DNA from: an uncultured Methanosarcinaceae archaeon
Lineage (GTDB): Archaea > Halobacteriota > Methanosarcinia > Methanosarcinales > Methanosarcinaceae
NCBI GenBank assembly: GCA_963721455.1
Contig: CAVRJG010000055.1
Span: 1 to 11,894 of the forward strand
Reading direction: 5' to 3'
DNA: 11,894 nt
Positions 1 through 7,634 of this stretch are shown one piece after another; the first letter of the stretch is position 1; each line of letters begins with the position of its first letter. The notes below the pieces were generated by a model. That model saw only the letters and a program-made list of their open reading frames with translations. It had not been told where the DNA came from and did not search any database. The position numbers and the translations under genes are program-made.

Positions 1-3
1 TTG

Positions 4-1271
4 GGCAGTGTGCCTAATTTTCTGTAAAATCTACTCTCTACCCCTTCGTCTTCTTTTTTGATTACTGTTCCATTACTATATACTTGTTTCCTGTGATCCA
101 GTCTTCATTTATATCAATTAGTATTGAGACTACAAGTCTCAATACTGAGTCCTGGTTAGGAAATGCTCCAACTACCTTGCTTCTTCTTTTGAGTTCCTTG
201 TTAGTCCTTTCCATCATATTTGTTGTCCTTATTTTTTTCCAGTGTTTTTCTGGAAACTGCATATAGTTCATTACATCATACTGAAAACTTTCAAGGGTAT
301 CAGCTGCGCTTTTATACCCCATACTGTCCAGTTCCCTAATCAGGTGATTCAAGTTCTGACGGTCGACTAATGCTTCTTTTATCTTCTCAGCCACTTCTTT
401 CTGCTTCTTTTTTGGCACCTTCTTGAGAACTTGTCTTGTCAGATGTACATGACACATCTGCCAACTTGATCCAATAAAGGATTCTCTTACTGCTTTCTGT
501 ATTCCTTTATGACCATCAGAAACGATTAACTTGACACCTCTTAACCCTCTTTCTTTCAGATCCTCGAATAGATCTTCCCAGAACATAGAAGCTTCACTGT
601 CTGCCAATCTTGTTCCAAGTATCTCTCGGTAACCGTCATCCCTGATTCCAGCAACTACGAAGAGAGCTTTGTTTTCATAATGAAGCCCATCTCTTACCTT
701 GAAATAAGTCGCATCAATAAACAAGTAAGGAATTTCATGTTCTATTCGTTTTGAGAGGAATTCTTCAACCTTTTCATCCAGTTCTTTAGTAATCCTGGAA
801 ACAGAAGAGGCTGAGATTTCACCTACTCCTAAAGCGATCATGATCTTTTCCACCCTACGGGTGGAAACACCCTGAAGGTAAGATTCCGCTATAGCGGTTA
901 AGATGGCCTTTTCAACTCTCGAATACTTCTCAAACACCTGGGTTTCAAAGGGAAACTCACGGAATTGAGGCTTTAATAATTCGAGTTTCCCATGCTTGGT
1001 CAGGAGAGTTCGGGGTTTGTAGCCATTTCTACTGGCTTTACGGGAATCAGTCCGCTCATAACGTTGTGCACCAGCTTGGAGGAGGGCTTCCTCCTCCATT
1101 GCAAGGTTTAAAAACCAGGTAATTAGCTGGCGAATTCCATCTTCCTGATCGACAAGATAATCTTTTATGAGTGAGAACAAATTAACCATTGACTCTGCAT
1201 CCTGTTTTTTTGTGGTGAAAAGAAAAGGATACAGAGTCAATCATATTTTACAGAACTTTCGGTACACTGCC
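4..1271 (-). mobile_element. IS256-family insertion sequence, complete (~1268 bp)
   Basis: Imperfect 27 bp terminal inverted repeats: GGCAGTGTGCCTAATTTTCTGTAAAAT (4..30) vs reverse complement of 1245..1271, GGCAGTGTACCGAAAGTTCTGTAAAAT. They enclose one IS256/Mutator-type transposase. The TSD cannot be resolved because only 3 bp of left flank are in the window. Confidence 0.93.
62..1189 (-). CDS. IS256-family (Mutator-type) DDE transposase
   Basis: IS256 motifs: RNGYKPR, YLQGVSTRRV, YLFIDATYFKVR (D), LIVSDGHKG (D), WQMCHVH, IRTTNMMERTNKELKRR (E), AFPN. The ORF track starts at TTG 1240; ATG at 1189 (MVNLFSL) is the more plausible start. The frame is intact. Confidence 0.93.
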   Translation of the reverse strand: MVNLFSLIKDYLVDQEDGIRQLITWFLNLAMEEEALLQAGAQRYERTDSRKASRNGYKPRTLLTKHGKLELLKPQFREFPFETQVFEKYSRVEKAILTAIAESYLQGVSTRRVEKIMIALGVGEISASSVSRITKELDEKVEEFLSKRIEHEIPYLFIDATYFKVRDGLHYENKALFVVAGIRDDGYREILGTRLADSEASMFWEDLFEDLKERGLRGVKLIVSDGHKGIQKAVRESFIGSSWQMCHVHLTRQVLKKVPKKKQKEVAEKIKEALVDRQNLNHLIRELDSMGYKSAADTLESFQYDVMNYMQFPEKHWKKIRTTNMMERTNKELKRRSKVVGAFPNQDSVLRLVVSILIDINEDWITGNKYIVMEQ

Positions 1272-1289
1272 GTTTTGGGATGAGCTACT

Positions 1290-1338
1290 AATAAAATCTC
1301 CTTAATAAGATCTCCTTTAATAAGATCTCCTTTAATAA
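1290..1338 (+). repeat. Tandem repeat, ~3.3 x 15 bp (AATAAGATCTCCTTT), just upstream of marker 8
   Basis: Units AATAAAATCTCCTT (1290), AATAAGATCTCCTTT (1304), AATAAGATCTCCTTT (1319) and partial AATAA (1334). Mirrored at ~10692..10741. Confidence 0.9.
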
Positions 1339-1363
1339 TATAATTTAATGGACGTGTACTGGT

Positions 1364-2215
1364 ATGCCTCATATAATGGAACTGCTGGGAAAAACAAGAG
1401 TAGTTATAAAAGACGGTAAGGTTGTGGAAGTCGGGACTCCAGACGTTGAATGGTGCCCTCTTTTTGCCAAGCTAAGAGGGGTTCAGGATATCACTTCCGA
1501 AGAAGTAAAAAAGAATATGGAATCCCGAATAAACGATTTAGGGATGTTTACTGACAGGCGCAAGCTCCTCGAACTTGACACTTATGTGGCTTTCGGCGCC
1601 TCCGAAATAATGATGTCAGGCTTACGCAGTGGTTTTCTTGAGACAACCGTAACTGCCTGCGACGGTGCAGGAACTGTTATTGCCAGTAACCCTGCTCTTG
1701 TCCAGGGTATCGGAGGCAGGATGTCAGGCCTTATCGAAACCGAGCCCATCGAAAGCACTATAAATGGCATTCAGGAACTCGGCGGAACCGTACTCGACCC
1801 TTCAACCGCTGCCATCGACCCTGTCGGCGGAGTAAGAAAGGCCGCAGAAACCGGCTACAAAAAGATTGCAGTAACCGTAGCTGATTCAAAGACCGCAAAA
1901 AACCTGAGAAAACTCGAACCTGAACTCGGGCTTGACCTGATAGTGATTGCAGTACATGTAACAGGCGTCAGCAGGGAAGAAGCTCAGGGACTTCTGGAAA
2001 ACTCGGATATAGTAATCAGCTGTGCCTCCAGATATATAAGGGAACTTGCAAAGCCCCTTGTCCAGGTGGCGGCTGCGATCCCGCTTTTTGCCCTCACACA
2101 GAAAGGAAAAGAACTTGTAATTGAAAGGGCAAAGGACATAAAAAGTCCTATCTTAATCAATACCATGAAACTGCCTGTGGTGCCTGAGCACAAGCAGCCG
2201 AGGGAATTGAAATAA
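1364..2215 (+). CDS. Methanogenesis marker 8 protein (DUF2099 family), intact copy
   Basis: 283 aa. N-terminus HIMELLGKTRVVIKDGKVVEVG..CPLF and motifs FGASE, ACDGAGTV, LVQGIGGRMSGL, IDPVGGV, VHVTG, SCAS match DUF2099/marker 8 as I recall the family. Confidence 0.88.
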   Translation: MPHIMELLGKTRVVIKDGKVVEVGTPDVEWCPLFAKLRGVQDITSEEVKKNMESRINDLGMFTDRRKLLELDTYVAFGASEIMMSGLRSGFLETTVTACDGAGTVIASNPALVQGIGGRMSGLIETEPIESTINGIQELGGTVLDPSTAAIDPVGGVRKAAETGYKKIAVTVADSKTAKNLRKLEPELGLDLIVIAVHVTGVSREEAQGLLENSDIVISCASRYIRELAKPLVQVAAAIPLFALTQKGKELVIERAKDIKSPILINTMKLPVVPEHKQPRELK

Positions 2216-2339
2216 ACATTAGTTTATCTTTTTTTATTAAGAAAGAAATCATTGAATTTTTGATAGGAGTAAAAAATCAAAGTTGTGTTAATTGAACACA
2301 AATCAAGATATCAGAAGAGCAAAACCCCCTATAGATATA

Positions 2340-2470
2340 ATTCCTCTTTTTGGTCTTACAAAGAAACGAAAAGAACTTACGATTGAAGAGCAAAAGAGAT
2401 AGAAAATCCGATTTTGATTAATGTGGTAGAGCTGCCTTTACTGCCTGAGCACAAGCAGCCTGGATGTTAG
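2340..2470 (+). pseudogene. Degenerate 3' fragment of a diverged marker 8 paralog
   Basis: Translates as IPLFGLTKKRKELTIE-(1 bp frameshift near 2388)-AKEIENPILINVVELPLLPEHKQPGC*, compared with IPLFALTQKGKELVIERAKDIKSPILINTMKLPVVPEHKQPRELK* in the upstream gene. Confidence 0.85.
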
Positions 2471-2477
2471 ATTTAGG

Positions 2478-2608
2478 AGCAGTAGCTTATCAACTTTTAC
2501 TTATCTGTTATAGAATATTCTTTTTGAAATTTCATATCATATAACAGGCTCTGAAATTTAATATGCCCCATATTTTTCGGTTGTCGGTTATAATGACAAG
2601 CTACTGCT
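2478..2608. mobile_element. Putative 131 bp MITE (type B), left-arm copy
   Basis: Terminal inverted repeats AGCAGTAGCTTATCA (2478..2492) and TGACAAGCTACTGCT (2594..2608), 14/15 match. Internal CTGTTATA/TATAACAG inverted pair. Non-coding, with no clear TSD. Confidence 0.6.
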
Positions 2609-2629
2609 GAGAGGACTGGTTTATGCCGA

Positions 2630-2764
2630 CTACTTTTCTTTTTTTACTGGCCTGGATGGTTTTACATCCCTCTTTGCAGACTTATCTGCCGGAGCCTTTG
2701 CCTGCGGTTTTCCACAAGCAGCCCCGGCTTTAGGACTGTCGCCAATTGTAGAGTTTTTTGTCAT
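2630..2764 (-). CDS. Small basic hypothetical protein, 44 aa (MTKNSTIGDSPKAGAACGKPQAKAPADKSAKRDVKPSRPVKKEK)
   Basis: Translated by hand; it is below the ORF-track size cutoff. GAGGTG Shine-Dalgarno-like motif 7 nt before the ATG, TATA-like TTATATAAAA further upstream on the minus strand, and higher GC than its flanks. Confidence 0.65.
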   Translation of the reverse strand: MTKNSTIGDSPKAGAACGKPQAKAPADKSAKRDVKPSRPVKKEK

Positions 2765-3007
2765 ATTGAAACACCTCTGTTTTGGTATTTTATATAAGTA
2801 TTTAATTACACTGTCTTAAACTTATATATATGTTACCAACCCAAACATTCACCTATCTAAAAAACTCTTATGGAATCGACTTATCAATTTCTACTTCAAC
2901 TCATCAATCTCGAGTCTTAGTACTATAAGCTCATACAACTTAATTTCAAAAAATAGGTTATTTAGGGAATAAACCAATTCAGATTTTCTCAGCACAGGCA
3001 ATGAATT

Positions 3008-3451
3008 CTATTTTTTGCCCCTGAGCTTTCCCAATAATCCAGAAAAATCGGATTCCTTCTCAGACTTTGTTCCTTCCTGCTGCTGCTTCGTTTCTATTTT
3101 TTCGAGTCTGCTCTCCACTATATATTCTCCAATCGGAGTGATAAAACCAACCAGAATTCCCAACCCTATAAAAATATAAAAAATAGTAAAAATCTTTCCC
3201 AGATCGGTTTTTGGAGTAAGATCTCCATATCCCACAGTCGTAAGGGTGATAACCGAAAAATAGAGCGAATCAAGCCATCTCCAGCCCTCAACTCTGTGGT
3301 AAAAAAAAGTCCCCACAGTAAGAGTCAATACAACAAGATACAGGAGGGATCGGAATTTCTGGTCTTTAAGCATCTTTCTGAGCACTCTCAAAAATGCAAG
3401 CACAGTTAAGATAAACGGAATCGTAGTCTTCCCCCCTCTGAAAAGTTGCAT
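3008..3451 (-). CDS. Potassium channel family protein (KcsA-like 2-TM pore domain, no RCK domain)
   Basis: WLDSLYFSVITLTTVGYGDLTPKT pore helix and TVGYGD selectivity filter between two hydrophobic helices. GGAG immediately before the ATG. Confidence 0.92.
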   Translation of the reverse strand: MQLFRGGKTTIPFILTVLAFLRVLRKMLKDQKFRSLLYLVVLTLTVGTFFYHRVEGWRWLDSLYFSVITLTTVGYGDLTPKTDLGKIFTIFYIFIGLGILVGFITPIGEYIVESRLEKIETKQQQEGTKSEKESDFSGLLGKLRGKK

Positions 3452-3796
3452 CTCCTACCTCTCAGTCTGCCTTAGAGAGCAAAAACAAAGCTCCCCAGAG
3501 CTGCATCTCTGCTGACGAAAAATAGGATCATCACCTTTCCCCCATTAGATATTTTCAATCAATGGTTAAAAAGACATCTATGCGAGTAAACTCTAGATTC
3601 CAGTCCTCCTGAACACATCAAGGAAAAACTCACTGGCACTTCTGAAAATAATCAAAAAAATAATAGTAAGTCCTCTTCAGCGAAAAGAAAGCTTACCTTC
3701 TTATAAAAAGTAGTTTGCTTGAGTGAAGCTGATTGTTAGCTTTATAAATTAGCTTTTTTGATCAAGAGAAAATCAATGTTACTCTCTCATAAATTA

Positions 3797-3932
3797 GTCC
3801 GCTTGAGCGAGCAGAGCGAGTGAAACGGACCCCGTGCTGTTGCGATTACATCGCAACTCCCAGAAAATCTCCGATTTCCTGTGATCCCGAAGCGGAACTC
3901 GGGAAGCGGAACTCGGGCGAGGCGCAATTCGG
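3797..3932. repeat. GC-rich structured intergenic element (several hairpins plus a 14 bp tandem duplication)
   Basis: GTCCG/CGGAC (3797..3830); perfect 8 bp stem GTTGCGAT-TAC-ATCGCAAC (3839..3857); CAGAAAATC/GATTTCCTG (3861..3881); GAAGCGGAACTCGG x2 (3889..3916). It abuts the permease stop codon. Confidence 0.6.
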
Positions 3933-3935
3933 ATG

Positions 3936-5351
3936 TTAAAAAAGTGAGCTTTCAATCCGGTCCCACTTCCTGAAGCTCTGTCCGAGCAGGTAAAGGGCAA
4001 GAGGGACCAGCAGGAGGTCTGCAAGCACGTAATAAAGGCCAAACATCGACAGGATAACATTGACCAGCAGGAGCGGCACGACCGAGATTACATAAAGCGC
4101 AAAGGTCTTGCCGTTGTAGAGATTTATGGAAGGGGAAAGTCCTGTCAGGTAAACAAGTATCGAAACCATGTAAAGCGAAATTGAAAGAAAGAGCAGCAAG
4201 GACGGGAGCAGGGCTGCAGGTTCTTTTTTAAGGGCAAGCAGGGCAAGAAGTATAAATGGAACCAGATTGAGGAAAAGGTAGCTATTCAGCTTGCTCTTTA
4301 TCATATCCGAGACTCTGAGAGGAAAGAAAGCATAAGAGGCAAAGATATCGTATTCTGTAAGCCAGTTATACATTGAGGAAGAAAGCACTCCCATAACAAG
4401 GGAAAACAGGGTTAGAGTATTCAAAGCCGGGATAACTTTTCCCAGGGCTGAAAGGAGCATCCATATAAGAGCCACAGGGAGCAGGAAAGAGAAAATAATT
4501 TTTCCGAGCCCTCCTTCACTCCTTTTCATGTCAAGGGAATCCTTTGCAACGAAAGCTGCATACCTGTACGAGCCAAGGTACCCGCATAATCTGGAAAATG
4601 AGTTTGTATAGTTCTTTTTCACCTGGGGGAAGTCTACCTTCAGGAAGATAAGGGATAAAGCAGAAGGGACGGTTATAAGAACAAAGGAAAACAGGAACTG
4701 GCTTTTTGAAGGAATAAGGAAAAAAGAAAGGCTCGGCAGCCTATAAAAGACATTTGAGCCCAGGTTTCCGGAAATAAAGAGCAGGAAAATGGATACAGCC
4801 AGCAAACCTGCAAGCAGCAGCTTTCCGGAATGTGCATAAACAGTAGACAGGAAAAAGACCAGAGAAAGCCCTATCATGAAAGAAAGGGAAAGGGTCAAAA
4901 GAAGAATAAGAAGGGTAGCAGGAAAATGGAAATTGCCTGAAGGGACAATTTCTGCAGCAAGAGCGAAACCTGCAATGAAAGGCAGCACATAAAGGACAAA
5001 GTAATATACGATATCTTTTACAAGGAAGTTTGCAAACACTAATCTCTGGGAAACAGGAAGCGTCCTTGAAGAATATGCTATCAGGCTTGCCTGCCCGAAG
5101 CGCCTGTTCATGAACTCACGCCCCATAAGCCCGAAGGCTCCGACCATGCATCCCACAAGCAAAAAAAGGTAATGCATTCCGAGAGCTATCTGGGCATCGG
5201 TAAAGATCTCCCTGAAAATCGGCAGAACCATGCTTACGAAAAAAGTGAACAGAAAGATAGATACAGGAAAAAGGGCAAATCCTCCGCTTCCGAAGAGGTT
5301 TGAGTGCATCCGCCATTCTTCTTTAATCATGCTTTTGAATATATCAAACAT
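3936..5351 (-). CDS. Polytopic membrane protein, probable ABC exporter permease
   Basis: About 12 hydrophobic segments in two halves, directly downstream of and co-oriented with an ABC ATPase. ATG 5351 (MFDIFKSMIKEEWR), preceded by AGGGA, is preferred over GTG 5390. Confidence 0.78.
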   Translation of the reverse strand: MFDIFKSMIKEEWRMHSNLFGSGGFALFPVSIFLFTFFVSMVLPIFREIFTDAQIALGMHYLFLLVGCMVGAFGLMGREFMNRRFGQASLIAYSSRTLPVSQRLVFANFLVKDIVYYFVLYVLPFIAGFALAAEIVPSGNFHFPATLLILLLTLSLSFMIGLSLVFFLSTVYAHSGKLLLAGLLAVSIFLLFISGNLGSNVFYRLPSLSFFLIPSKSQFLFSFVLITVPSALSLIFLKVDFPQVKKNYTNSFSRLCGYLGSYRYAAFVAKDSLDMKRSEGGLGKIIFSFLLPVALIWMLLSALGKVIPALNTLTLFSLVMGVLSSSMYNWLTEYDIFASYAFFPLRVSDMIKSKLNSYLFLNLVPFILLALLALKKEPAALLPSLLLFLSISLYMVSILVYLTGLSPSINLYNGKTFALYVISVVPLLLVNVILSMFGLYYVLADLLLVPLALYLLGQSFRKWDRIESSLF

Positions 5352-5436
5352 AAAATCCCTGCTATTTTTTATTCTTGCTTTTGTGCCCACGTACTACATG
5401 TTACGCGTATCTTATGCAGGACTCACGCCGATTTTA

Positions 5437-6183
5437 TTATGCGTGTGCAGGTGTGCTCAACCCAGCGCCTGAATTCCCCGGCCTGCTTACCAGTTCCAGG
5501 AAGAATTCCTCAAAGTTTCTGCCCTGAAGGGCGGGATCGTCCAGGCGACCTGTATGGACCAGTTTTCCTTTGTAAATTATTCCAATGCTGGTACAGATTT
5601 GTTTTGCAATTTCGAGGATATGTGTGGAAATGAAGATTGTTCCCCCGTTTTTCACGTAGCCTGCGAGAAAATCCTTTACTTTTCTCTGCATTACAGGGTC
5701 CAGGTTGATGAGAGGTTCGTCGATAATGGCAAGCTCGGGCTCATGCAGGAAGGCCTGGGCAAACATCAATTTCTGCCTTGTGCCTCTTGAAAGGTCTTTA
5801 CATAGTGAATGTTTCTGGTCCTCGAAATCGAAGAATTCGAACCATTTTTCGCAGATTTTCTCATAGTGTTCCATTTTCCTGATCTTTGCAACGAAATGGA
5901 GGTATTCTTCTGCAGTCAAAAAACTCGGTGGGGTTTCCTGCTCTGGAATGACGCCTACCAGCTCACGGACCCGAATGGGATCTTCGAGCACATCCACTCC
6001 ATGTACTGTGAGAAAGCCGGACGTGGGCTTTATTTGACCGGTAAGCATTTTAATCATGGTCGTTTTTCCCGAGCCGTTCGGGCCCAGAAGACCGAAGAGT
6101 TCGCCTTTCCCGATAGAAAGGGAGACATCGTCTACTGCTTTTGTACTTCCATAAAATTTAGAAAGGTTCTTTACTTCAATCAT
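5437..6183 (-). CDS. ABC transporter ATP-binding protein (multidrug/ABC-2 export type)
   Basis: Walker A GPNGSGKT, signature LSRGTRQK, Walker B IIDEP with LDP, H-loop STH. Confidence 0.95.
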   Translation of the reverse strand: MIEVKNLSKFYGSTKAVDDVSLSIGKGELFGLLGPNGSGKTTMIKMLTGQIKPTSGFLTVHGVDVLEDPIRVRELVGVIPEQETPPSFLTAEEYLHFVAKIRKMEHYEKICEKWFEFFDFEDQKHSLCKDLSRGTRQKLMFAQAFLHEPELAIIDEPLINLDPVMQRKVKDFLAGYVKNGGTIFISTHILEIAKQICTSIGIIYKGKLVHTGRLDDPALQGRNFEEFFLELVSRPGNSGAGLSTPAHA

Positions 6184-6510
6184 GTTTAAGGCTCCTGCGA
6201 AAGCCGGTACTATTTAAACAAATAAATTTGCAGATTCTTTTAATATTTTTTATATGTTGCCGGTGTTTAACTTTTGCTTTTAGCTTACTTTTTTCCACTC
6301 ATGTAAAAAATTCAGTGCTTATAAGAATCATCTATAAATATATAAAACAGTCCCCTATGGAATATCGAATTTAAACGTCAAAAATTTAAATGCCTGTTAT
6401 GTTTCTGTTTCCAGCGGATTCATAAAAAAGTTATAAAAGAATTTGTTTCACAAGCCTGCCGATAAAGCAAAATTAGAAACCAGGTTCCATCCTTTCAGAA
6501 CTTCCCATTT

Positions 6511-6870
6511 TCAGAACCGCGCCTTTAGTTTCCGGAGATTTCCTGGAGAAAAGCTATTACTTGCCGGGCTCAGAGCATTGATTTCACTTACAGTCTCGTT
6601 CAAGGAAAGCATAAAATCAGCTCTTATTCTGAAAATAAGCTCTTCCGGCTGAACACAGCAAAAAAGAGTTGGTTCACCTTCAATTATTCGCACATACCCT
6701 TTTTTCTCCATCCCTCTGAGGGTTCCGTAGATTTTGGCTCTCGGAACTCCGGAATTTTCAGCAATCTCACTGGCTCGCGCCTGTTTAAGGTAGACAAGCG
6801 CTGAGTAGATCTTGGCTTCATTGCCGGTAAAACCCAGTTTCTGAAGGTTTTGTATAAGCTTAAGAGTCAT
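6511..6870 (-). CDS. TrmB-family transcriptional regulator (DNA-binding wHTH domain only)
   Basis: LQKLGFTGNEAKIYSAL...ASEIAENSGVPRAKIYGTLRGMEKKGYV is the TrmB N-terminal HTH pattern. 119 aa, no effector domain. GGAGG upstream. Confidence 0.88.
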   Translation of the reverse strand: MTLKLIQNLQKLGFTGNEAKIYSALVYLKQARASEIAENSGVPRAKIYGTLRGMEKKGYVRIIEGEPTLFCCVQPEELIFRIRADFMLSLNETVSEINALSPASNSFSPGNLRKLKARF

Positions 6871-6900
6871 TTCAACTTCCTCCCTTCACTCCCATTCTCT

Positions 6901-7362
6901 TTAGATATATTTAGCCCGTCGATCTGCAATCTTTCTTAAAATCCTCACCATTGTCTCGAGGCTCTGTGCATAATCCTTGACATCCTTCTCATCTACAAGC
7001 TCAAGGAGTTCATCGGCAATCTCATTAGAATAATTATAACAATCTAACCCCCTATCTGTAAGGGAAACAAGTACTTTCCGTCGGTCTTCAGGATCAGTTT
7101 TCCGAAACACCATCCCCTTCTTCTCCAGATCATCAACCATCCGGGTGAGGCTGCTTTTTTCCATTCCGGTGTACTTCCCGATGGTTGAGGGCATGATTTC
7201 ACCTTCCATGCCTATGATCTTGATCACCATGGGCTGATTCTTGCTCAGTTCCTTAAACTTGCCAATAATTTTTTTCTGAAAAGTCTGTTCAAAAATCAAA
7301 TTATCAAGAGCATCCCTTTCCATCGAAAGAAGAATTATCTTCTTCACCGTTGCTTCATCCAT
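6901..7362 (-). CDS. MarR-family transcriptional regulator
   Basis: MEKSSLTRMVDDLEKKGMVFRKTDPEDRRKVLVSLTDRG contains the MarR wHTH with the DRR motif. It lies 30 bp upstream of the TrmB-like gene, so they are probably an operon. Confidence 0.93.
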   Translation of the reverse strand: MDEATVKKIILLSMERDALDNLIFEQTFQKKIIGKFKELSKNQPMVIKIIGMEGEIMPSTIGKYTGMEKSSLTRMVDDLEKKGMVFRKTDPEDRRKVLVSLTDRGLDCYNYSNEIADELLELVDEKDVKDYAQSLETMVRILRKIADRRAKYI

Positions 7363-7450
7363 TTTTGTTCACTGTCCACTTTTATACCGAATAAGCACCT
7401 TTTTTCAAGGCCAATAATTTTTGGAAAATATATGAATTATGAATATAATA

Positions 7451-7522
7451 TTGATTTTTCAATAATAAGAAATTATATAATTGATTTTTCAATGGTTGAT
7501 AAATCAATAATTGATATATCAA
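7451..7522. promoter_or_regulatory. Array of four TTGA-N4-TCAA palindromes, putative MarR operator
   Basis: TTGATTTTTCAA (7451), TTGATTTTTCAA (7481), TTGATAAATCAA (7496), TTGATATATCAA (7511); start-to-start spacing 30/15/15 bp. Located in the divergent promoter region upstream of the MarR gene. Confidence 0.75.
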
Positions 7523-7634
7523 CTATATTTGATTATATTTAAATTTAACGAAATTTCTCGCTTTGCCTAAAAATAGAGGATGAGCTAATTAACATGGAAA
7601 TACGTACTATAAGGAAGCAAAGGAGGTTCAGAAA

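Larger units (their letters stand above)
1272..2634 (+). repeat. Left arm of 1363 bp inverted repeat (partner 9397..10759)
   Basis: GTTTTGGGATGAGCTACTA... at 1272 is the reverse complement of ...TAGTAGCTCATCCCAAAAC ending at 10759. Similarity continues to ...TTATGCCGACTACT (2634) vs AGTAGTCGACATAA (9397). About 21 substitutions and 4 single-base indels counted by eye. Confidence 0.96.

Noticed and set aside
1290-1338. Short repeats here and at 7451..7522 as a CRISPR array
   Set aside because: Units are 12-15 bp with no unique spacers of CRISPR length, and there are no cas genes.
1582-2193. Antisense ORFs 1582..1770 and 1984..2193, their mirrors (9865..10110, 10260..10448, 10449..10661), and 84..266
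   Set aside because: Shadow ORFs opposite recognisable genes; they recur only because the region is duplicated.
2078-2470. Gene 3' end plus downstream similar copy as a DGR variable/template repeat pair
   Set aside because: Mismatches are not adenine-specific, many are synonymous third-position changes, and no reverse transcriptase is in the window.
3794-6652. ORFs 3794..4060, 5116..5316, 5230..5472, 5304..5633, 5554..5790, 5809..6189 and 6443..6652
   Set aside because: They overlap well-supported genes in another frame or strand and have no recognisable motifs.
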